Shown: piece by piece, positions 19,483 through 29,979 of the stretch
How positions within the stretch are numbered: position 1 is the stretch's first letter
How the letters are laid out: each line of letters starts with the position of its first letter
Origin: Verrucomicrobiota bacterium
Lineage (GTDB): Bacteria > Verrucomicrobiota > Verrucomicrobiia > Palsa-1439
Direction: 5' to 3'
NCBI GenBank assembly: GCA_003164675.1
Contig: PLTX01000020.1
Location: forward strand, 7,580 to 71,579
Length of the DNA stretch: 64,000 bases
The notes under the pieces: generated by a model
Told to the model about the DNA's origin: nothing
Database searches by the model: none
The model's input: only the letters and a program-made list of their open reading frames with translations
Translations under genes and position numbers: made by a program

Positions 19483-21021
19483 ATGAGAACCACAACACTC
19501 CCGTTAGCGGCGGCTTTGCTGGCGTTCGCGTTTGTCGCGACCACCGCGCCGGCCCAAACAACGGCTGCAATAAAGGCGCCGGACACGTCCAGCACGGGGC
19601 CGGCGGCGGCGAAGCCCGGCACGTTTGATGACATCGTCAAACAGATCAAGAACCCCACCGACTGGCTATCTTGGGGCGGCGATATCCGCGTCCGCAACGA
19701 GTACTACAACAACATCGTCAGTCTGAGCTCAGCCAGTGCGATTAGTGAACAAGACGTCGTCCGGTATCGCGGACGGGTTTGGACTTCCCTCACTCCGGTG
19801 ACGAACGTCACCTTCAACAGTCGGGTTACGGCGGAACCATGGTTGTCGATCAAGCCATCCTTTACCACAGCCGACACCGGGAATAGCGGGATGGAATGGC
19901 GCTATGGCATCGTGGACAACCTGAACATGAAGTTGAACAACATGTTCAACCTGCCGCTGACACTCATCGCCGGGCGCCAGGACATCATGCTGGGTGATTA
20001 CTACGACTGGTGGCTGGTGTCGGACGGCACCCCGGGCGATGGGTCCAAGACGTTCTTTCTGGACAGTATCCGTCTGAGCGGCGAGGCCAAGGGGATCAAG
20101 ACCAAGTTCGACCTGATCTACATCTACCAGAACGCCAAACCGGACGGTATGCTGCCGATCATCGGCAGTTCCAGTTATGTGCACCCTGACCTCAATGTCC
20201 GCACCGACTACCAACTGACCGAGCAGAACGAGCAGGGCGTCGTTGCTTATGTTTCTAACACCTCGATCAAGAACACCCAGCTCGACGGCTACTTTATTTA
20301 CAAGCGGGATGACCGGCAAACCTTCGAGAGATTGGGCGCCGATAGGGTCTACGGCGACAACGCCAACATCTACACGCTCGGCGGCAAGGTCACCGGCACG
20401 CCAGAGGAGCACTGGCAGTATTCGGCCGAAGGCGCCTACCAGCTCGGCAACAAACAGGACACCATCCTCGGAACCTTCGCCGACCGCGACATTGAGGCCT
20501 ATGCCGGCAAAGGCAAACTCACCTATCTGTTCAAGGATCAGTTCAATTGCCAACTCGCCTTGAACGGCGAGTATCTTTCCGGTGACAATCCCAAGACCAC
20601 CGGCCACGACGAGATGTTCGATATCCTCTGGGGACGCTGGCCCCGCTGGAGCGAACTCTACATCTACTCTTACATCGAGGAAACCGGCGGCAAGATCGCC
20701 CAGATGAACAACCTGATCCGTTTCGGACCAAGCTGGACTTGCACCCCGATCAAGGGTCTGACCGCGAGCCTCATGTACAACGCGCTGTTTGCTCCCGAGG
20801 ACACGCCGACGCGCGACATAACCGGCACCAGCAGCTCGAACCCCGAAGAGTTCAGCAAGGATGGCAATTTCCGCGGTCACTATCTGCAAGCCGTGTTGAA
20901 GCATAAATTCAACGACCACGTCAGTGCTCACCTGTGGGGTGAGTGGATCTGGGAAGGCAATTATTACGCGCAACGCAATTTGATGACTTTTCTGCGTGCG
21001 GAAGTGATGTTCACCTTCTAA
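19483..21021 (+). CDS. Outer-membrane porin, alginate-export-like family
   Basis: Signal peptide, WGGDIRVRNEY, AGRQDIMLG, EGAYQLG, YLSGD, C-terminal MFTF. Confidence 0.8.
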   Translation: MRTTTLPLAAALLAFAFVATTAPAQTTAAIKAPDTSSTGPAAAKPGTFDDIVKQIKNPTDWLSWGGDIRVRNEYYNNIVSLSSASAISEQDVVRYRGRVWTSLTPVTNVTFNSRVTAEPWLSIKPSFTTADTGNSGMEWRYGIVDNLNMKLNNMFNLPLTLIAGRQDIMLGDYYDWWLVSDGTPGDGSKTFFLDSIRLSGEAKGIKTKFDLIYIYQNAKPDGMLPIIGSSSYVHPDLNVRTDYQLTEQNEQGVVAYVSNTSIKNTQLDGYFIYKRDDRQTFERLGADRVYGDNANIYTLGGKVTGTPEEHWQYSAEGAYQLGNKQDTILGTFADRDIEAYAGKGKLTYLFKDQFNCQLALNGEYLSGDNPKTTGHDEMFDILWGRWPRWSELYIYSYIEETGGKIAQMNNLIRFGPSWTCTPIKGLTASLMYNALFAPEDTPTRDITGTSSSNPEEFSKDGNFRGHYLQAVLKHKFNDHVSAHLWGEWIWEGNYYAQRNLMTFLRAEVMFTF

Positions 21022-21036
21022 AGTCGTCCCGACACA

Positions 21037-22332
21037 ATGACGTACTGGGATCAGAAAACCGAAACCATCGAACGCGCCGCCCTGGAGGCGCTTCAGTTGA
21101 AGCGCCTCCAGGCGATCGTGCGCCGCGTGGCCCGCAAGGTGCCGTTCTATCAGCGGAAACTTGCTGATTGCGGCGTCCAGCCGCGCGACATCCGTTCGCT
21201 GGCCGACTTGCGGCGGCTGCCGTTCACCACCAACACCGACTTGCGGGACACCTATCCCACCGGCTTGCTGGCCATCCCGTCCGAGGACGTGTTGCGGCTG
21301 CACACGTCCAGCGGCACCACGGGCAAACCGAAGGCGCTGTTTTTCTCGCGCCGGGACGTGGACAACGCCGCCGAGTTGATGGCGCGCTGCCTGGTCATGA
21401 CCGGCGTGACCCATCGAGACGTGCTCCAAAACATGATGACCTACGGCCTGTTTACCGGCGCATTGGTCATGCACTACGGCGCGGAAAAAGTCGGTTGCCT
21501 GGTGATTCCGGCCGGACCGGGCAACTCCGAGAAACAACTGCTATTGATGCAGGATTTCCGCACGACGGTCATTCACGTTACGCCGAGCTACGCGCTGTAC
21601 CTCGCCGACTTCATGGAGAAGAAAGGCGTCGATCCGCGCCGCGACCTGGCGTTGCGCAAGGCATTTGTCGGCGCGGAATCGTACACGGAGGAAACGCGGC
21701 GCAAAATCGAACAGGCGCTGGGGATCGACGTATATAATTCCTACGGGCTGTCGGAGATGAACGGTCCCGGCATCGCCTTCGAGTGCGAACACAAGTGCGG
21801 GATGCACATTTGGGAAGACAATTTCCTCATCGAGATTATTGACCCGCGGACCGGCGAACCGCTGCCGGACGGACAAACGGGGGAGTTGGTGCTGACCGCC
21901 CTGTGCCGGGAAGCGATGCCGTTGTTGCGGTACCGCACACGCGACATCACGTCGATCATTCCCGGACCCTGTTCGTGCGGCCGCACTCACCGGCGCCTCC
22001 ACCGCATGACGGGCCGCTCCGACGACATGCTGATCGTGCGCGGCGTGAACATCTACCCGCAACAGATTGAACGCGTGTTGATGAGCCTGCCCAGCGTGGG
22101 ACGAAACTATCAGATCGTGCTCGAAGGGCTGGACGAAATGACAATCAATGTCGAACTGGCCGAAGCCGGGTTCGATGGCCACGTCGAACACCTGACCCGC
22201 CTCCAATCTGAGATTGTGGATCGGTTGCGGGCGGAGATTTTGACCAAACCCAAAGTGCATCTTGTGCCACCGGGCACGTTGCCGGTCAGCGAAGGCAAGG
22301 CCAAACGGGTCATCGACAACCGGTCGCTCTAG
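21037..22332 (+). CDS. paaK: Phenylacetate-CoA ligase family protein (copy 1)
   Basis: [43 protein letters not shown]. Confidence 0.92.
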   Translation: MTYWDQKTETIERAALEALQLKRLQAIVRRVARKVPFYQRKLADCGVQPRDIRSLADLRRLPFTTNTDLRDTYPTGLLAIPSEDVLRLHTSSGTTGKPKALFFSRRDVDNAAELMARCLVMTGVTHRDVLQNMMTYGLFTGALVMHYGAEKVGCLVIPAGPGNSEKQLLLMQDFRTTVIHVTPSYALYLADFMEKKGVDPRRDLALRKAFVGAESYTEETRRKIEQALGIDVYNSYGLSEMNGPGIAFECEHKCGMHIWEDNFLIEIIDPRTGEPLPDGQTGELVLTALCREAMPLLRYRTRDITSIIPGPCSCGRTHRRLHRMTGRSDDMLIVRGVNIYPQQIERVLMSLPSVGRNYQIVLEGLDEMTINVELAEAGFDGHVEHLTRLQSEIVDRLRAEILTKPKVHLVPPGTLPVSEGKAKRVIDNRSL

Positions 22333-22353
22333 CACCGGAAAGGAAACCACACC

Positions 22354-22782
22354 ATGAGCGCCGTCAATCTCATCGCCGTGTTTGCCGAGAACCAACTGGG
22401 GCAGATGGGGCGCATTACCCAGGTGCTGGCCGACGCGGGCGTCAACATCCGCTGGGTGACCATCGCCACCAACGAGAGGCTGGGCGTCATCAAGTTCCTG
22501 GTGGACAAGTGCGACCTCGCCTACGAAAGCCTGCATCAGAAGGGCTGGACGGCATCGCTCGTCGAGGTGCTGGCCATCGAAGTGGAAGATAAACCCGGCG
22601 GGCTGCACACCGTCGCGGACTGCCTTGCCCGCAACAAGATCAACGTCGAGAACTCTTCCGGTTTCGTTTCCAACAACCGTGCCGTGTTGCTCATCGAGGT
22701 CCAGGACGTTGCCGCTGCCCGCCAGATTCTGACCAAACAAACCCTGCGGTTGCTGTCGCAAGAGGAGATATTGACGCTGTAG
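22354..22782 (+). CDS. Tandem ACT-domain protein
   Basis: VFAENQLGQM and EVEDKPGGL ACT motifs. Confidence 0.88.
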   Translation: MSAVNLIAVFAENQLGQMGRITQVLADAGVNIRWVTIATNERLGVIKFLVDKCDLAYESLHQKGWTASLVEVLAIEVEDKPGGLHTVADCLARNKINVENSSGFVSNNRAVLLIEVQDVAAARQILTKQTLRLLSQEEILTL

Positions 22783-22853
22783 ACGGTGCGGCGCTACTGT
22801 TGTTTTTTATCAAACGGTCAGGAATTGTTACAAACCGGGGTATGTTGTTGGAT

Positions 22854-24476
22854 ATGAGCGATTCGAAGCGGGTATTATTGAGCGGCGATGAAGCGGTGGC
22901 GCTGGCGGCGTTGCACGCCGGCGTGGCGCTGGGCACGGGGTATCCCGGCACGCCGTCCACGGAAATCCTCGAGAGTTTCTCGGAGATCGGCGGCCGGGCG
23001 CAATGGGCGCCCAACGAGAAGGTCGCCCTCGAAGTGGCACTGGGCGTGGCGTTCGCGGGGGCGCGGGCCATGGCCACGATGAAACACGTCGGCCTGAACG
23101 TCGCGGCCGACCCGTTGTTCACCGCGGCGTACACGGGCGTGACGGGCGCCTTGATCGTGGTGTCGGCGGACGATCCCGGCATGGCATCCAGCCAGAACGA
23201 GCAGGACAACCGCCATTACGCCGTGGCCGCCGGCGTGCCGATGCTCGAGCCGTCGGATTCGCAGGAGGCTTACGACTTCGCTCTCCGGGCGGTGGAGATT
23301 TCGGAACGCTGGAGAATTCCGGTTTTGCTCCGGCTGACCACGCGGGTCTGCCACAGCCGCACCGTCGTCCATCCACGCCCGGCCAATCCGCCGCCGCGGA
23401 CCCCGTTTTTCGAGCGGGATATTCGGGGGCGGGTGATGATTCCGGCCTATGCGCGACTGGCGGGCCGCCGGCTGCGGCAGAAGTTGTCGGAGATCCAGGC
23501 GTGGAACGAGACGTGTCCGCTGAACCGGGTCGTGGCCGGGAACGGGTCTCTCGGCATCATTACTTCCGGCATTGCCTACATGCACGTCCGCGAGGCCGCG
23601 CCCGAAGCGAGTGTCCTCAAGCTGGGGATGACCTATCCGCTGCCAGTGGAGAAAATCCGGGCGTTCGCCGCGGGGGTGAATCGCTGTCTCGTGATCGAGG
23701 AAGGCGATCCGTATCTGGCCGACGCGATCCGTGCCGCCGGCATAAAGGTCGAGAGCCAGCCGGAGATGTACCGGTTCGGCGAACTCAGCGTGGCGCGCGT
23801 GCGCCGGATATTGGCGGGCGACACCTCGCCGGAACCGTCTCCCATCCCCGGAAAACCGCCGCAGCTTTGTCCGGGCTGTTCCCATCGGAACGTGTTCGAG
23901 GCGTTGCACAAACTCGATTGCATCGTCGCGGGAGACATCGGCTGCTACACGTTGGGTGTGTTGCCTCCGTTCGAAGCGATGGACAGTTGCGTCTGCATGG
24001 GGGCGAGCATCGGTGTCGGTCTGGGGCTGCGCCACGTTTTGCCGCCCGAACAGGCGCGCCGGGTCGTCAGCGTGATCGGCGACAGCACGTTCGTGCACAG
24101 CGGCATTACCGGTCTCGTGGAGATGGTGTATAACCCGCCGCCGACCGGCCACGTCATCCTCATTCTCGACAACAGCACCACGGCCATGACCGGCCACCAG
24201 GAACATCCCGGCACGGGCCGGACCCTGGAACACGAGCCGACGGGCAAGGTGTCGTTCGAGGAACTGGGGCGGTCACTCGGCCTCGAGAACGTGTTCGTCT
24301 CCGATCCGTCGGCCGACCCCGGCAAGTTCGAACGACTGCTACAGGATTGCCTGGCGAACAACCAACTCAATCTCATCATTGCCCGGCGGCCGTGCCTGCT
24401 CATTGCCGGTAAGATCAAGGAATACGAACGCGCCGCCAACCAGACATGTACGGCGGCATTGGGCGAGCCAGAATGA
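22854..24476 (+). CDS. iorA: Indolepyruvate ferredoxin oxidoreductase alpha subunit
   Basis: GYPGTPSTEI, NEKVALE, MKHVGLNVAAD, SSQNEQD, LCPGCSH, GDIGCY, IGDSTF, DNSTTAMTGHQ. Confidence 0.94.
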   Translation: MSDSKRVLLSGDEAVALAALHAGVALGTGYPGTPSTEILESFSEIGGRAQWAPNEKVALEVALGVAFAGARAMATMKHVGLNVAADPLFTAAYTGVTGALIVVSADDPGMASSQNEQDNRHYAVAAGVPMLEPSDSQEAYDFALRAVEISERWRIPVLLRLTTRVCHSRTVVHPRPANPPPRTPFFERDIRGRVMIPAYARLAGRRLRQKLSEIQAWNETCPLNRVVAGNGSLGIITSGIAYMHVREAAPEASVLKLGMTYPLPVEKIRAFAAGVNRCLVIEEGDPYLADAIRAAGIKVESQPEMYRFGELSVARVRRILAGDTSPEPSPIPGKPPQLCPGCSHRNVFEALHKLDCIVAGDIGCYTLGVLPPFEAMDSCVCMGASIGVGLGLRHVLPPEQARRVVSVIGDSTFVHSGITGLVEMVYNPPPTGHVILILDNSTTAMTGHQEHPGTGRTLEHEPTGKVSFEELGRSLGLENVFVSDPSADPGKFERLLQDCLANNQLNLIIARRPCLLIAGKIKEYERAANQTCTAALGEPE

Positions 24477-24949
24477 ACGACGGCGTCATCAACATCGTCA
24501 CCGCCGGCCTCGGTGGGCAGGGGGTGCTCAAGGCATCGGACATCGTCGCGGACGTGGCGTTCCGGAGCGGGCTGGACGTGAAACAGAGCGAACTGCACGG
24601 GATGAGCCAGCGCGGCGGTTCGGTCAGCAGCGACGTGCGGTTCGGCCGCGAGGTATTCAGTCCGATGGTGCCGAGCGGCGTCGCGGATTACCTCGTGGTG
24701 ATCGCACCCGACCAGATCGAGGTCAACCGTCATCAACTGCGACCCGGAGGCATGTTGATCGCGCCCGACGCCGTGGACCCGGCGAAGCTGACCAACAAAA
24801 AGAGTTTCAACGTCGCCTTGCTCGGCGTTTTGAGCCGGCATCTTGACTTCCCAGAAGCGGTCTGGCTGGAGGCCATCCGCGCGGCCTTTCCCGACAAGCT
24901 GCGCGCCGCCAATGTCCAGGCGTTTGCGCTGGGGCGAAAGGCAGTGTGA
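24473..24949 (+). CDS. iorB: Indolepyruvate ferredoxin oxidoreductase beta subunit (short)
   Basis: GLGGQG, HGMSQRGGSV; ATGA overlap with iorA. Confidence 0.92.
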   Translation: MNDGVINIVTAGLGGQGVLKASDIVADVAFRSGLDVKQSELHGMSQRGGSVSSDVRFGREVFSPMVPSGVADYLVVIAPDQIEVNRHQLRPGGMLIAPDAVDPAKLTNKKSFNVALLGVLSRHLDFPEAVWLEAIRAAFPDKLRAANVQAFALGRKAV

Positions 24950-24952
24950 TCC

Positions 24953-26266
24953 ATGAACATGACCGAACATCATCCAATCAGCGCGCCCGATTTCATGCCG
25001 GTCAACGAGTTGCGCGCCACGCAACTGTCCCGGCTCCAGCGGACGGTCCAACAGGCCTACGACCACGTGCCTCTGTTCCATCGGCGGCTGGACGAGCGCG
25101 GCTTGAAGCCCGCCGACGTGCGGTCGCTGGAGGACGTGCGGCGGTTGCCGTTCACCGTGAAAGCCGATTTGCGCGATACGTACCCGTACGGGTTGTTTGC
25201 CGCGCCGATGAAAGAGATCGTGCGACTGCACGCCTCGAGCGGCACGACCGGCAAGCCGATTGTCGTCGCCTATACGCAGGACGATATTCGGGTGTGGACG
25301 GAGACGATAATGCGCAGTCTTGTCTCGTGCGGACTGCACGCCGGCGACATTGTGCAGAACGCCTACGGCTACGGCCTGTTTACCGGCGGCCTCGGCGCGC
25401 ATTACGGGGCGGAAGCGCTGGGCGCGACCGTGATTCCGATTTCGGGCGGCAACACCGAGCGGCAGTTGATGGTGATGAAGGATTTCGGGGTGACGGCGAT
25501 CTGTTGCACCCCGAGCTACTTCCTGCATCTGATCGATCAATCGCAGCAGATGGGCGTCGACCTCAAGAAACTGCCGTTGCGCGCGGGCGTGTTCGGCGCC
25601 GAGCCGTGGACGGAGAACATGCGCGAGCGGATCGAAGCCCAGAGCAACATCAAAGCGTACGACATTTACGGCCTGACGGAGATCATCGGTCCCGGCGTCG
25701 GGATCGAGTGCGCGCATCAGGCCGGGCTGCACATTTTCGAAGACCATTTTCTGGCCGAGATCATCGATCCGGAGACATTGGAACCTCTTCCGATCGGCAG
25801 CGAAGGCGAACTGGTGTTGACGACGCTCAGCAAGCAGGCGATGCCGATGATTCGCTATCGGACGCGGGACATCACGGCGTTCTACACCGAGCCGTGCGCT
25901 TGCGGCCGGAGCATCCGGCGCATCCGCCGCATCGGCCGCCGCAGCGACGACATGCTCATCATTCGCGGGATCAACGTTTTCCCGTCGCAAATTGAGGCGG
26001 GTCTGTTGCGCATCGAGGGAACCCTGCCGCATTACCAGATTGTGCTGACACGCGAAAAGGATCTCGACCAGATGGAAGTGCAGGTCGAGGTGACGCCGGA
26101 AGTGTTCAGCGACGAGGTGCGCGGGCTGGAGGAGCTGCGAAAGAAGATCGTTCGTTCCATTGAAACGATTACCGGTATCCGCGTCGCCTTGCGGCTGGTG
26201 GAACCCCACACCATCCAACGCAGCGAAGGCAAGGCCAAACGCGTCATCGACAAACGCAACATGTGA
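24953..26266 (+). CDS. paaK: Phenylacetate-CoA ligase (copy 2)
   Basis: [38 protein letters not shown]. Confidence 0.94.
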   Translation: MNMTEHHPISAPDFMPVNELRATQLSRLQRTVQQAYDHVPLFHRRLDERGLKPADVRSLEDVRRLPFTVKADLRDTYPYGLFAAPMKEIVRLHASSGTTGKPIVVAYTQDDIRVWTETIMRSLVSCGLHAGDIVQNAYGYGLFTGGLGAHYGAEALGATVIPISGGNTERQLMVMKDFGVTAICCTPSYFLHLIDQSQQMGVDLKKLPLRAGVFGAEPWTENMRERIEAQSNIKAYDIYGLTEIIGPGVGIECAHQAGLHIFEDHFLAEIIDPETLEPLPIGSEGELVLTTLSKQAMPMIRYRTRDITAFYTEPCACGRSIRRIRRIGRRSDDMLIIRGINVFPSQIEAGLLRIEGTLPHYQIVLTREKDLDQMEVQVEVTPEVFSDEVRGLEELRKKIVRSIETITGIRVALRLVEPHTIQRSEGKAKRVIDKRNM

Positions 26267-26280
26267 TGAGGAACAGTGCC

Positions 26281-26715
26281 ATGAAAATCCACCAACTTTC
26301 AGTATTTCTGGAAAACAAGCCCGGCCAGTTGCGGACGGCCTGCGAGGTGTTGGCCAAGGCGCGGATCAACCTGGTGACGTTGTCCCTGGCCGATACCGTG
26401 CAGTTCGGCATACTCCGGCTGGTCATTGAGGACTGGCAGAAGGCGAAGACCGTGCTGGAGACGGCTGGCTGCGTGGTGAAAGTCACCGAAGTGCTCGCCA
26501 TCGAGGTGGCGGACCAGCCCGGCGGTCTGGCGCAAATCCTCGAGATCGTCGATCACGCGGGCTTGAACATCGAGTACATGTACGCCTTCACCGAAAAGCG
26601 CGGCGGCAAGGCCGCGTTGGTGTTCCGGTTTGAAAACGCCGACACGGCGGAACAAGCCCTGAAGGCCAACGGCATCAATATGCTGGGAGACGTTGAGCTG
26701 TTCCGTCGTGCGTAA
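26281..26715 (+). CDS. Tandem ACT-domain protein
   Basis: QLSVFLENKPG, DQPGGL, NIEYMYAF. Confidence 0.92.
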   Translation: MKIHQLSVFLENKPGQLRTACEVLAKARINLVTLSLADTVQFGILRLVIEDWQKAKTVLETAGCVVKVTEVLAIEVADQPGGLAQILEIVDHAGLNIEYMYAFTEKRGGKAALVFRFENADTAEQALKANGINMLGDVELFRRA

Positions 26716-26720
26716 GAAAA

Positions 26721-26884
26721 CAGAATCCAGAATCCAGAATTCGGGAGTCAGAATTCTCTCACGCAGCCCCGACCTCGGAATCGGGGTAAAAGGCGCTGGG
26801 AACACAGAGGTTAGAATCTCTGTGTTGCATCGTTGAGGGGGACGATGCGACACGAGGGCACCCCGATCTCGAAATCGGGGTAAA
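26721..26884. repeat. Heptamer repeats plus a cluster of hairpins
   Basis: CAGAAT(C/T) repeats; CCCCGAYCTCGRAATCGGGGTAAA at 26767 and 26861 flanking two other hairpins. Confidence 0.6.
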
Positions 26885-27069
26885 TTGCAACCTGGGATAC
26901 TACGTGGTTGCGTCTCGATGACTCGGCTCCAGAGCGAAAGGGGTGTGACGGCGATCCTATGTGGCCATGGCGAGACCGGAACCCGGGTACACTCCGGCGG
27001 CCTGCTCGGCCAAAATGTACTTGTTTCAACCATGAGCCATTGTTACCGTTCCGATCGAGAGGCGAAGTT

Positions 27070-28284
27070 ATGATCGATTTCGTGTGCCCATCCTGCAATC
27101 GGTCTTTGGAGGTTGAAGACGATGCCGCCGGTTCAACTGCGCCGTGTCCCGCCTGCAATACTTCGCTCGCCATTCCAGCCAAACCCGCTCCCAAACTGAT
27201 TAATGACACTCCTACGCGTGTGACACCGCGATTCTTGCGCGATGAACCTCAGGGCAAAGTTAATGCGAAGGCCGGACCCACCGGCCCGCAAGCGCAAAAC
27301 ACCTATTCATTGAGTGCGCGACAGAAAAGAGCAGTTGAGCGTCAGAAGAAGAATATTGCTCTCTTTTGGTTCTTCGCTTCACTCACAATTCTATTTCTCG
27401 GAATGGTAAGTGGCAACAGTTCGGCGGCGGTCTTCGGCTTCATCAGCCTAGTCGCAGCTGGGATTTATATCGCCCCGGAAATTAGAAGATATGCAGCCAA
27501 CGCAGCCAAAGAGGCGGCGGAGCGACAAAGGCAACTGCAAGCTGAGGTGGATGCACTCATACAGAAACACGCTGACGCTCTTCGTATCAAGCGATTGCAA
27601 AAAAGGAGACCCGACGGCTATGGCAATGTAGTTGACGAGGAGTGGAATCGCGAAATGGAGTATTTCTGTCAAAAGGTGTTGCGTCCAGCTTTTCCGCAAA
27701 TTTGCGATTGGTCACTCCTCGACCGCTTCCCCCGCGCAGCCAAACAACCGCTCAACGCACGCGCCCCCGGCGTGCTCGACGCAGTATTTCTCTCAGACCG
27801 ACAACTCAAGAAAGCCCGGATGCAAGCAGACACCGCCAGAGCCGCACTCAACGCCGATAATATTCGGCAGGCCCTCTTCCGAAGAATTGACGCACAGGTT
27901 GACGCACACTCGGAGAGCAAGCCCATCGAAGCACTAGATGTGTCTACACTCTCTCCTGCGGGCTATGAAGCCTACTGCGCGCAAGTCCTTATGGACGACG
28001 GTTGGGACGCCACAACGACACAAACATCCGGTGACCAGGGTGTAGACATCCTCGCGACACGAAATGGCAAGAAGGCTGTTTTTCAGTGTAAGTTCTACAC
28101 ATCACTTGTGGGCAATGCAGCCGTGCAGGAAGCCATTGCTGGCAGAGCATGGGCATCCGCAGACTATGCCTTTGTAGTTTCTAACGCAGACTTCACACCA
28201 TCAGCCAGGGCTCTCGCTGCAAAAGCGGGCGTACACCTCATTCATCACTCCAGCCTCAGCAACCTTGATCCTTATCTGAACTGA
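27070..28284 (+). CDS. Membrane-anchored Mrr-like restriction endonuclease domain protein with N-terminal zinc ribbon
   Basis: CPSC/CPAC, two TM helices, YEAYCA...SGDQGVDI...QCKFY...VQEA...FTPSARALA. Confidence 0.85.
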   Translation: MIDFVCPSCNRSLEVEDDAAGSTAPCPACNTSLAIPAKPAPKLINDTPTRVTPRFLRDEPQGKVNAKAGPTGPQAQNTYSLSARQKRAVERQKKNIALFWFFASLTILFLGMVSGNSSAAVFGFISLVAAGIYIAPEIRRYAANAAKEAAERQRQLQAEVDALIQKHADALRIKRLQKRRPDGYGNVVDEEWNREMEYFCQKVLRPAFPQICDWSLLDRFPRAAKQPLNARAPGVLDAVFLSDRQLKKARMQADTARAALNADNIRQALFRRIDAQVDAHSESKPIEALDVSTLSPAGYEAYCAQVLMDDGWDATTTQTSGDQGVDILATRNGKKAVFQCKFYTSLVGNAAVQEAIAGRAWASADYAFVVSNADFTPSARALAAKAGVHLIHHSSLSNLDPYLN

Positions 28285-28319
28285 GCGCGAATTGTTCACG
28301 AAGTGCCAACAATAAGAGA

Positions 28320-29280
28320 TTGTTCGCGCGGCTACTGCTGGCTGGCGCGCAAAAATGATCGGTTTACACCCTCACCTTGGTCCTCTCCTCTTCCTCTCAG
28401 GGGTGAGGGAGACAGGAGGCGGAAGGCGGGGGCACCGCTAGAGCCAACGGTCGTGCGGGAGCCCGACCCTCCGAGCGGAAGCGGCGGCAAGCAGGGAGGA
28501 GACGGCACGGGGATGCGGCTCGCCGGGAGGCTCGCCCTCCCATGCAGAAAGCGCCGCGTCGGGGGGCGCGGCCTACAACAGCAAAGGCGGCGGGACCGCG
28601 CTTTGCCGCCAAGGCACAACGAGGCGGCGGGTTGGCGGGGTCTACAATCACGCGCAAGAGAACGTGAGATTTAGGACGAGGCACGGCGACAGAGCGCCGT
28701 GGCTACAGTACGGCGGCGGGTCCGCGCTTATCAAGCGCGGCCACAGGTGACCCCGCCACAACATCGCGCCCACCGCTCACCCCTGCTGCGTGACGCGCGA
28801 CACCACTTTCTGTTTTTCTGACCGGCCATCAGAAAGGACTGGACAGTCTGTATGCGATGGTGTATGGTCGGCACGGTTGTATTTTGATCTTTGATATAGG
28901 GGTTTGGGGACTGCTGGAAAACCCCTCACCTTGATCCTTTGCCGCCTCAGCACTGCCAGCGGCTTCTCGTCTGACTCGATTCCCCCCGAGGGGCGAGGAA
29001 ACGGGAAGGGTGGCGGGTTTGGCCGCCGGGTGCGGCTGGAGGGGAACCCCTTCGACCAGCCTTCGCTAAAGCTACGGCTGGCAGGCTGGCTCAGGGTAGA
29101 CAGGGGAAAGGGGGCAGCGCGAAAACACGCTTTCTGCCAAACGAAGCCAATTGTTTGAGGTGCTAGCGGTTGTGGATTGGCTTGATGGATAAGGCGTTAG
29201 AAGCCCAAGTGCGCCATTTTGTCACATGGCTTCGTTTTGCCGGAAATGGCTTCGTTTGGGGGTGTTTGATGGGCGCCGGA
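28320..29280. repeat. Gene-free field of REP-like palindromes, some nested
   Basis: CTAC/CCAC-ended hairpins at 28552, 28681, 28721; CCCTCACCTTG...GAGG elements at 28369 and 28922; nested hairpin 29048-29100; GGCTTCGTTT three times. Confidence 0.6.
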
Positions 29281-29302
29281 AGCAGGTTTTGGGGCCGAAA
29301 CC

Positions 29303-29713
29303 TCATCCTTTGGCGGCCCACGGGAGCGTTTGTTCCTTGCGATAGACCAGACCTTGGAAGACGGCGATCAGCGTGTTGTGTTCGTCGGTGATGTTCACGG
29401 TATAGCTGCCGAGCTTGGGATTTGTTGAGAGCTCTCGGGCTTCGGCCCGTAACGTGCCGGAACTTGCGGCCTTCATGTAGGTGATGCTGACGTTGATCGC
29501 CACGGCCACCTTGCCGTGAGCGTTGGAGGCGGCGGCGAACGCGAGGTCCGCCAGCGTGAAAATGGCACCTCCCTGCACGCTGCCCACCGCGTTCAGGTGG
29601 TGGGGCTGGATCGGCATCTGCGCGACGGCATGGCCCGGCGAGACGGACACCAGCTCGATGCCGGAGAGTTTCGCGTAACGGTCCTGGGTGAAGAATTGTT
29701 TGATGTTGTTCAT
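29303..29713 (-). CDS. PaaI-family thioesterase (hot-dog fold)
   Basis: HLNAVGSVQGGAIFTLADLAFAAASN. Confidence 0.9.
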   Translation of the reverse strand: MNNIKQFFTQDRYAKLSGIELVSVSPGHAVAQMPIQPHHLNAVGSVQGGAIFTLADLAFAAASNAHGKVAVAINVSITYMKAASSGTLRAEARELSTNPKLGSYTVNITDEHNTLIAVFQGLVYRKEQTLPWAAKG

Positions 29714-29979
29714 GGAAGCTCCTTCGATGGGCGGCGCTTGCGACAACGCTTCTGCCGTCGAATCGCTCGGTTGGTTGAAATTACGCGACTCGTCCGAAGA
29801 TACGCAAGAGAATTGACAGGGTCCGGCGGCCGTGGCGCAAAAGCCGTATCGCCTGATACAATCACTTGCTATTCCTGTGATTGGGCTTACGGTGCTGTGG
29901 AGAGTCGAAGTTGCAGGGGACCTGGCTTCACTTTCTGTCGTTCCGAATTGACCATCGTCAACGCAATGGAGATGAATCT

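Noticed and set aside
26721-29280. Possible CRISPR array or integron attC sites
   Set aside because: Repeats are heterogeneous and irregularly spaced; no cas or integrase gene.
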